A stretch of DNA of 4,589 nt from a virus (taxonomy: Duplodnaviria > Heunggongvirae > Uroviricota > Caudoviricetes): the IMG/VR virus record IMGVR_UViG_2529292977_000011. One strand, 5' to 3'. The notes below the pieces were generated by a model that was not told the DNA's origin, searched no databases, and worked only from the letters and a program-made list of their open reading frames with translations. Positions 1 to 4,589 of the stretch are shown here, in pieces (position 1 is the stretch's first letter; every line of letters begins with the position of its first letter). Both the position numbers and the translations under genes were made by a program.

Positions 1-344
1 TCCACATCTTTCACCAGCCGATCCCTCCGTTCGACGATCTCACGGTAATATTCAGAGCTGTGACTGCGCATACGGGCCACCAGCAGAGGCGGCATTGCCT
101 TTTCGATCGCCGGTAACAGAGCCTGAATTTTTTCAACAGCATCAGGGGTGTCTTTATCCAGCCAACGGAAAATTTTCTGGGTATTACGAGCCAGGGCTTC
201 CGGATGGCTGTCGTCGTACAGTTCCGGGAACGTCATCCCCAGCTCGAAATAAGTCCGGGCTATTTCAGCTGCAGGAACTTTCTCACCGTCCGGATAGGCC
301 CAGGCATTGATCGCCATGCGGATGTGCTCATGTTTGATTTTCAT
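1..344 (-). CDS. ydaT: YdaT-family (CII functional analogue) prophage regulatory protein; 5' portion only, ORF runs off the left edge of the window
   Basis: Minus-strand ATG at 344..342 preceded by a GGGGGA RBS. The frame is open to position 1 (about 114 codons: MKIKHEHIRMAINAWAYPDGEKVPAAEIARTYFELGMTFPELYDD...QKIFRWLDKDTPDAVEKIQALLPAIEKAMPPLLVARMRSH...). The MKIKHEHI start and the RWL/EKIQ..LLPAI pattern match my recollection of YdaT from lambdoid cryptic prophages. Start overlaps the upstream cro-like stop by 4 nt (ATGA). Not on the ORF track because it is truncated by the window edge. Confidence 0.6.
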   Translation of the reverse strand, partial: MKIKHEHIRMAINAWAYPDGEKVPAAEIARTYFELGMTFPELYDDSHPEALARNTQKIFRWLDKDTPDAVEKIQALLPAIEKAMPPLLVARMRSHSSEYYREIVERRDRLVKDV

Positions 345-568
345 GAATCCCCCTTTCCTTCGCCCTGAGTGGTATCCTTCTTTTTGTAAAGTTCTGGGTT
401 CAAAGATAATTTCCCCTTGGAGTATGCAGCAGCTTCCGCAGCCCTCCCCTTCGGAACTATTTCACCAGGACGCTTACGCCACATGTAAATAGCTTCGCGG
501 GTTATCCCATAAAAATCGGCAACCCTCTGAACAGAACCAAAAAACTGGACAAGTTCATCAACTCGCAT
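341..568 (-). CDS. Cro-like small HTH regulator (DicC/YdaS-type), 75 aa
   Basis: Minus-strand ATG at 568..566 with GGGAGG RBS 5 nt upstream (complement of 574..579). Product MRVDELVQFFGSVQRVADFYGITREAIYMWRKRPGEIVPKGRAAEAAAYSKGKL... has the FGS...helix-turn-helix...VPxGRA pattern of DicC/YdaS-like Cro proteins. Divergent from the repressor gene. The ORF track starts it at a TTG 12 nt upstream; I prefer the ATG with the RBS. Confidence 0.75.
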   Translation of the reverse strand: MRVDELVQFFGSVQRVADFYGITREAIYMWRKRPGEIVPKGRAAEAAAYSKGKLSLNPELYKKKDTTQGEGKGDS

Positions 569-662
569 TTTACCTCCCAAATCTAAGTATTTTTAGATTA
601 CAAGATAATTTTTTTTAGGTCAATGCAATCTAAAATAATTTATATTCAATTTGCAGGAGAAA
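569..662. promoter_or_regulatory. Divergent promoter/operator region between the cro-like and cI-like genes (OR-like)
   Basis: Perfect inverted repeat AATCTAA-N6-TTAGATT at 580..599; further AATCTAA half-site at 627..633; TTAGGT at 615..620. Minus-strand promoter candidate for the cro-like gene: -35 TTGACC (complement of 618..623), 17-nt spacer, -10 TAATCT (complement of 595..600), overlapping the operator. Plus-strand -10 candidates TAAAAT (631..636) or TATATT (641..646) with a poor -35, as expected for a PRM-type promoter. Confidence 0.55.
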
Positions 663-1310
663 ATGATGGAAAGCCTTGGCTTCAGGCTTAAGAGACTTAG
701 AAAAGATAAGGGGCTGACCCAAGTAGAACTGGGTAAGCTTTCAGGCGTGACTGGGGTTACTATAGGGTACTGGGAGAAAGATCTAAACGAACCAGGTAGC
801 AAAGCTCTAAGTAAGTTAGCCCAGGCATTAGGAACTACTGAGTCCTATCTCCTATATGGAGTATCGTCTCCTGAATTATCTTTTGTACAAAGTACCTCAG
901 GCACCAAGATCCCCTACCTTTCGTGGGGTGAGGCGATTTCTTTCCTAATCTTAAAAGGAGAGAAAACAATGGGAAATGTCGATAGAATCACCACATTCTT
1001 TGATGTCGAGGAAGGTGATTTTGCCGTTTCAATGCCTGATGACACAATGCATAACCCATCAGGATCACCGAGTATCCCAGTTGGTGCTACTGTGATCCTA
1101 AGGCCAGGAGAAAGTTATAAAAATGGCAGCATCGTCGCTGTAATAGTTCCGGATCCGCTTAAAAATGAACCATCTATGACTATAAAGAAATTAGTTATTG
1201 ATGGGAAGCTTGTGTATTTAAGCCCTCTCAATCCACGCTATCAGTCATCCTTACTTACACCAGAGTGTAAAATTGTTGCCGTAGCAAAAGGTGTACAGTT
1301 CAACTTATAA
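663..1310 (+). CDS. CI-like prophage repressor: N-terminal HTH (XRE family) plus C-terminal S24 LexA-like peptidase domain
   Basis: ATG at 663 (or 666) preceded by AGGAG; TAA at 1308..1310. The N-terminus GLTQVELGKLSGVTGVTIGYWEKDLNEPGSKALSKLAQALG is a classic HTH_3. The C-terminal half aligns by eye to lambda CI: conserved Ser in AVSM (cf. GNSM), conserved Lys in MTIKKLVID (cf. FTFKKLIRD), and LSPLNPRYQ (cf. LQPLNPQYP). Confidence 0.85.
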   Translation: MMESLGFRLKRLRKDKGLTQVELGKLSGVTGVTIGYWEKDLNEPGSKALSKLAQALGTTESYLLYGVSSPELSFVQSTSGTKIPYLSWGEAISFLILKGEKTMGNVDRITTFFDVEEGDFAVSMPDDTMHNPSGSPSIPVGATVILRPGESYKNGSIVAVIVPDPLKNEPSMTIKKLVIDGKLVYLSPLNPRYQSSLLTPECKIVAVAKGVQFNL

Positions 1311-1331
1311 CCCGCCACGTCCTTTACTTGA

Positions 1332-1356
1332 GGTCGGCAATGCCGACCTTTTTTTT
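1332..1356 (+). terminator. Rho-independent terminator after the cI-like gene
   Basis: GGTCGGC-AAT-GCCGACC perfect 7-bp GC-rich stem (1332..1348) followed directly by an 8-T run (1349..1356), 22 nt after the repressor stop codon. Confidence 0.7.
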
Positions 1357-1357
1357 A

Positions 1358-1405
1358 AATTAATCTAGATTTACCTTGACTGAAAAACTAAATACTTTTA
1401 GATTT
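1358..1405 (+). promoter_or_regulatory. Second operator cluster (OL-like) with an outward, pL-like promoter
   Basis: 10-bp perfect palindrome AATCTAGATT at 1362..1371; TACTTTTAGATT at 1393..1404 is 11/12 identical to TATTTTTAGATT at 588..599. -35 TTGACT (1376..1381), 17-nt spacer, -10 TAGATT (1399..1404) overlaps the operator half-site and points into the downstream plus-strand operon. Confidence 0.45.
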
Positions 1406-1584
1406 ATTACATACCACCCTACCTCGCCCCACAGAACGTCGGGCAATACCTCGAGTTACCCGGCAGTGGTCAGGGGTTAAGTAGCCAGCCCGAGGCGTAT
1501 GAACATGACGGCGGGAACACTTTGTATAACAGCGCAGCAGGTTTTTAGTTCCGCGACCCGGCGTTAAGGGTAAATGAGGTCAAC

Positions 1585-1737
1585 ATGGATATGCTCAATC
1601 TTGGCAACAATGAATCTCTGGTGTGCGGAGTATTCCCCAACCACGACGGCACGTTTACCGCGATGACGTATACCAGAAGTAAAACGTTTAAAACCGAAGC
1701 TGGCGCGCATCGCTGGTTAGCAAGAAACGCTAACTGA
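1585..1737 (+). CDS. Small hypothetical protein, 50 aa, first gene of the early-left operon (ydfA-like position)
   Basis: ATG at 1585 with GAGGT RBS 4 nt upstream (1576..1580); TGA at 1735..1737. Product MDMLNLGNNESLVCGVFPNHDGTFTAMTYTRSKTFKTEAGAHRWLARNAN. Below the length cutoff of the supplied ORF track. Size and position match ydfA of the K-12 Qin dic operon, but I cannot confirm sequence identity from memory. Confidence 0.5.
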   Translation: MDMLNLGNNESLVCGVFPNHDGTFTAMTYTRSKTFKTEAGAHRWLARNAN

Positions 1738-1801
1738 TTAGCGCCAGTAAAAACAGGTTTCCACAGGTTAATTTACCCTGAAAAGTCAGGGCATAACACG
1801 A

Positions 1802-1865
1802 AAGCGCACGGCGAAGTTAGTCTCTCTGTATAGGTCGTCGTTAAATTTAATTCGACCGTGCGCTT
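1802..1865 (+). repeat. Long-range inverted repeat (10-bp perfect arms) in the untranslated spacer upstream of the DicF-like sRNA
   Basis: AAGCGCACGG at 1802..1811 pairs with CCGTGCGCTT at 1856..1865; pairing can extend by CGAA (1812..1815) with TTCG (1851..1854) around a bulged A. No ORF with a credible start or RBS in this interval. Confidence 0.4.
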
Positions 1866-2000
1866 CTGGTTGTGGCAATCCGCGAAATGGCGCGGCGGTA
1901 AGTATGGCGGGGTTATTCCTTCCCCCGTTGAGGACACCGGGTTGTCAGGTTGACCATACGCTTAAGTGACACCCCAGCCACAACAACCTCTGTTATCACT

Positions 2001-2039
2001 TTTCTGGTGATTCGGCGGAAATGGATATCCGCCCTTTTT
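2001..2039 (+). ncRNA. dicF: DicF-like sRNA, compact variant (about 39 nt)
   Basis: TTTCTGGTGA at 2001..2010 matches the 5' end of E. coli DicF as I recall it (UUUCUGGUGACGUUUGGCGG...CUCUGCCGCCCUUUUU). It is followed by a GGCGGA/TCCGCC hairpin (2014..2033) and CTTTTT (2034..2039), an intrinsic terminator. It lies about 180 nt upstream of dicB, as in the Qin dic operon. The internal stem-loop of canonical 53-nt DicF is absent. The 5' end is inferred, not seen. Confidence 0.5.
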
Positions 2040-2217
2040 AAAGTGAATTTTGTGATGCGGTGAATGCGGCTATGCGCACGCGGAACAGTTAAAGCAGTAA
2101 GGCGGTCTTTTACTGGCGTAACGAGCATCAACTAACCCGACGTTAATTGTTAACTGGTTAACGTCACCTGGAGGCACCAGGCACTGCATCACAAAATTCA
2201 TTGTTGAGGACGCGATA

Positions 2218-2406
2218 ATGGAAACGTTATTACCAAACGTTAATACGTCTGAAGGTTGTTTTGATATTGGTGTTCTGCTCAGTAATAAAGCGTTTACTGA
2301 GGATGCCATTAATATGCGGAAATATGAGCCTTATCTGCTCAATGATAATTCCATTCTTTCCCGAATTGCCCTTATTAAACTTGGTATTTTCGGAGAACGT
2401 CAATGA
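2218..2406 (+). CDS. dicB: DicB-like cell-division inhibitor (MinC-activating small protein), 62 aa
   Basis: ATG at 2218 with GAGGA RBS (2206..2210, 7-nt spacing); TGA at 2404..2406. Product METLLPNVNTSEGCFDIGVLLSNKAFTEDAINMRKYEPYLL...; the N-terminal two thirds match my recollection of K-12 DicB (xxTLLPNVNTSEGCFEIGV...FTEDAIN.RK). Same length as DicB and same position after DicF. Confidence 0.8.
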   Translation: METLLPNVNTSEGCFDIGVLLSNKAFTEDAINMRKYEPYLLNDNSILSRIALIKLGIFGERQ

Positions 2407-2591
2407 CTTCAGCATTTGCACTGATGATGACGGTTTTTCTTATAACGGGTGAATCACAGAATGTGATTACCGGAATTTATGCCAGTAAAGAATCCTGCCT
2501 CCAGGCAAGAGACGAGCAAAAAATTTCTGGTGAATGCCTACCGGTAAAAAAAGTATCGCTGTACCTGAATAACGAAACACCGGCTGGATAA
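2403..2591 (+). CDS. ydfD: YdfD-like small membrane lysis protein, 62 aa
   Basis: ATG at 2403 overlaps the dicB stop (ATGA); GGAG RBS at 2392..2395. Product MTSAFALMMTVFLITGESQNVITGIYASKESCLQARDEQKISGECLPVKKVSLYLNNETPAG has a hydrophobic N-terminal segment. Position directly after dicB and size match ydfD of the Qin prophage. Confidence 0.7.
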   Translation: MTSAFALMMTVFLITGESQNVITGIYASKESCLQARDEQKISGECLPVKKVSLYLNNETPAG

Positions 2592-2683
2592 CCCTCCAGC
2601 CATATTAACACCATACCAACGGATTAAAAATGCCAGCAATGGCAGGGATTTGTTCACCCTTAAATCTGTAATGAGGTTTATCA

Positions 2684-3928
2684 ATGAGCACTGATAAAGA
2701 AGAATTTGCGCTATATTGCGAAGCAAAAAATGACAAAGTCAGAAAACGTCTGGGAATTAAAGGTGGTTTTTACTGGACTACAGCAAAAAAATTATCTGTT
2801 GCCATCTCCCGCTGCATTACCGCAATGGATGACAACGATTATGATGAAGACGACTTTAAAAAACCCGTTCGCGTCCATTTACCCGTTGTGAATGACCTTC
2901 CACCTGAAGGCGTGTTTGATACCGAATTCTGCAACCGATACGAAAAAGGCGGGGAAGATGGCATTACAATGGTATTTATCGCGCCCTCTCCCTCCGTGCA
3001 GGAGAAACCAGCCAGTACTGACAATACCAACGTCAACGGCGAAGACATGACGGAGATTGAGGAGAATATGCTCCTGCCGGTTTCTGGTCAGGAGCTGCCC
3101 ATTCGCTGGCTTGCGCAACACGGCAGCGAAAAACCAGTAACGCACGTTGCACGGGAAGAACTTCAGGCATTACATATAGCACGGGCGGAAGAACTGCCGG
3201 CTGTTACTGCCCTGGCCATTTCTCACAAAACAAAGCTGCTCGACCCGCTGGAGATTCGCGACCTTCACAAACTGGTACGCGACACTGACAAAGTTTTCCC
3301 TAATCCCGGTAATTCAGACCTGGGACTGATAACTGCTTTTTTCGAGGCATACCTGGACGCTGACTACACTGATCGGGGTCTGCTGACAAAAGAGTGGATG
3401 AAAGGAAATCGTGTTTCGCGTATCACCCGTACGGCTTCCGGTGCAAATGCCGGTGGCGGGAACAAAACCGATCGCAATCCGAATTTAGTACACACCTTCG
3501 ATACGCTGGATGTGGAGATTGCAGCAGCCACACTTCCGATGGATTTTAATATTTATGAAATTCCGGGCAGCGTTTATCGTCGCGCAAAAGAAATCGTCCT
3601 GAAAAGAGAAAGTCCGTTCAAAGAATGGTCCGCAGCACTTCGCGCAACCCCGGGTATTCTGGACTATTCCCGCGCCGCTATTTTTGCACTTATCCGGAGC
3701 GCTCACCCTGAGTTTTATCACTACCCGGGACGCCTTCAGGGGTATATCAACGCCTACTTAACGGAGACTGATCACGAGAACCCCAGCAAGGAAACTCTCA
3801 CTGCTGCACGACATACACCGGAAAAAGATATCCTGGAAGAAGTTAACCGCGAACTGTCTGCTAAGCAGGAAACAGAAGAAGAAAATGATGAAGAAAAACC
3901 GCAACCATCTTGCGCAATGGCAGAATGA
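2684..3928 (+). CDS. Uncharacterised 414-aa prophage protein with acidic N- and C-terminal tracts; possibly a full-length YdfE-like protein
   Basis: ATG at 2684 with GAGG RBS (2673..2676, 7-nt spacing); TGA at 3926..3928. Long uninterrupted ORF with only short antisense ORFs opposite. Acidic clusters DDNDYDEDD (near N-terminus) and EEENDEEK (C-terminus); glycine-rich SGANAGGGNKTD segment. I recognise no catalytic or DNA-binding motif. Confidence 0.8.
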   Translation: MSTDKEEFALYCEAKNDKVRKRLGIKGGFYWTTAKKLSVAISRCITAMDDNDYDEDDFKKPVRVHLPVVNDLPPEGVFDTEFCNRYEKGGEDGITMVFIAPSPSVQEKPASTDNTNVNGEDMTEIEENMLLPVSGQELPIRWLAQHGSEKPVTHVAREELQALHIARAEELPAVTALAISHKTKLLDPLEIRDLHKLVRDTDKVFPNPGNSDLGLITAFFEAYLDADYTDRGLLTKEWMKGNRVSRITRTASGANAGGGNKTDRNPNLVHTFDTLDVEIAAATLPMDFNIYEIPGSVYRRAKEIVLKRESPFKEWSAALRATPGILDYSRAAIFALIRSAHPEFYHYPGRLQGYINAYLTETDHENPSKETLTAARHTPEKDILEEVNRELSAKQETEEENDEEKPQPSCAMAE

Positions 3929-4461
3929 TAATCAGAAGAAATCTGGCAAAAGACCGTTTTACAGTACCAAAAACACAGGCGGGAACCAATCGTGTGATTC
4001 ACCTTATTAAGCCCGCAATCGACGCTCTCCGGAGTCAGATGGCACTAACGAGACTGAGCAAAGAGCATATCATCGATGTTCACCTCAGAGAATTCGGCAG
4101 AACAGAGAAACAAAAATGTACCTTTGTTTTTCAACCTGAAGTGTCAGCGAAAGTAAAAAATTATGGCGACCATTTTACCGTTGACTCAATAAGGCAGATG
4201 TGGGACGCAGCGGTAAAGCGTGCCGGAATCCGCCATCGCAAATCGTATCAGTCGAGACACACTTATGCCTGCTGGTCGTTAACAGCAGGAGCTAACCCGG
4301 CATTCATTGCAAACCAGATGGGCCATGCAGATGCGCAAATGGTGTTTCAGGTGTACGGGAAATGGATGTCAGAAAATAATAATGCGCAGGTAACGCTGTT
4401 AAATACACAGTTAAGCGAGTTTGCCCCAACCATGCCCCATAACGAAGCGATGAAAAGTTAA
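3910..4461 (+). pseudogene. Tyrosine recombinase (phage integrase) remnant: C-terminal catalytic half only
   Basis: Product has the integrase beta-hairpin Lys region (FTVPKTQAGTNRVIHLIKPAIDAL), the HxxR motif (SRHTYA), MGH and the nucleophile Tyr region (VYGKW). It is only about 180 aa: the arm-binding and core-binding domains and the box I Arg are missing, because the upstream sequence belongs to the 414-aa ORF in another frame. Possible starts are TTG 3910 or ATG 3925, the latter overlapping the upstream TGA as ATGA; no obvious RBS. TAA at 4459..4461. Confidence 0.7.
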
Positions 4462-4589
4462 TTTTTTATTTATCAATTAGTTAGATTGAATGACTCTTGA
4501 AATCCATAATTCATAGATGTTTTTTACTATTCTGTGGGTTTTTGGGTGTTTTCTAAGTTTTTTCAGATGGTTGTATTTTTTCTAAAAAT

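Noticed and set aside
95-492. Plus-strand ORFs 95..310 (71 aa) and 307..492 (61 aa)
   Set aside because: They lie antisense to the well-supported minus-strand ydaT-like and cro-like genes, have no RBS, and their products look low-complexity. Most likely shadow ORFs.
620-802. Minus-strand ORF, 60 aa
   Set aside because: Antisense to the N-terminal HTH region of the CI-like repressor and overlapping the operator region; no RBS.
1499-1567. 22-codon ORF (MNMTAGTLCITAQQVFSSATRR) in the operon leader
   Set aside because: GAGG lies only 3 nt from the ATG, and the ORF is short with nothing to mark it as a gene; kept only as a note under the small-ORF finding.
1913-2309. Minus-strand ORFs 1913..2131 (72 aa) and 2070..2309 (79 aa)
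   Set aside because: They overlap the DicF-like RNA, its terminator and the dicB start on the opposite strand. The Arg-rich products are typical of antisense reading through GC-rich structured RNA; no RBS.
2230-2891. Alternative-frame ORFs 2230..2421 (-), 2261..2452 (+), 2538..2726 (-) and 2706..2891 (+)
   Set aside because: Each overlaps dicB, ydfD or the start of the 414-aa gene in another frame or on the other strand; the coupled dicB-ydfD and 414-aa frames explain the region better.
3440-3469. Possible Walker A / P-loop in the 414-aa protein (GANAGGGNKT)
   Set aside because: The spacing does not fit GxxxxGK[ST] (the residue before Lys is Asn, not Gly), so I do not call an NTPase.
2839-4002. 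Minus-strand ORFs 2839..3048, 2879..3145, 3485..3721 and 3772..4002
   Set aside because: All are antisense to the 414-aa ORF, short, Cys/Ser-rich or low-complexity, and lack RBS signals.
1-4589. tRNA gene, CRISPR array or IS element near the integrase remnant
   Set aside because: No cloverleaf-compatible sequence, no regularly spaced direct repeats and no terminal inverted repeats or transposase ORF were found by eye.

Overview
This window looks like the immunity and early-left region of a lambdoid, Qin/dic-type cryptic prophage in an Enterobacteriaceae (E. coli-like) genome. All family assignments come from reading the translations and from remembered sequences; no database search was possible. 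Left to right: a YdaT-family (CII-analogue) gene running off the left edge and a Cro-like (DicC/YdaS-type) gene on the minus strand; a divergent promoter/operator region; a CI-like repressor with an S24 (LexA-like) peptidase domain; a strong intrinsic terminator; a second operator cluster with an outward promoter. Then a plus-strand operon: a 50-aa small ORF, about 260 nt of structured non-coding leader, a compact DicF-like sRNA, dicB, ydfD, a 414-aa uncharacterised acidic protein, and a tyrosine-integrase fragment that has only the C-terminal catalytic half. The window ends in an AT-rich tail that may be the prophage boundary. No rRNA, tRNA, CRISPR array or IS element was seen. The best candidate for something undescribed is the 414-aa orphan protein, but I cannot assign it a function from sequence alone.
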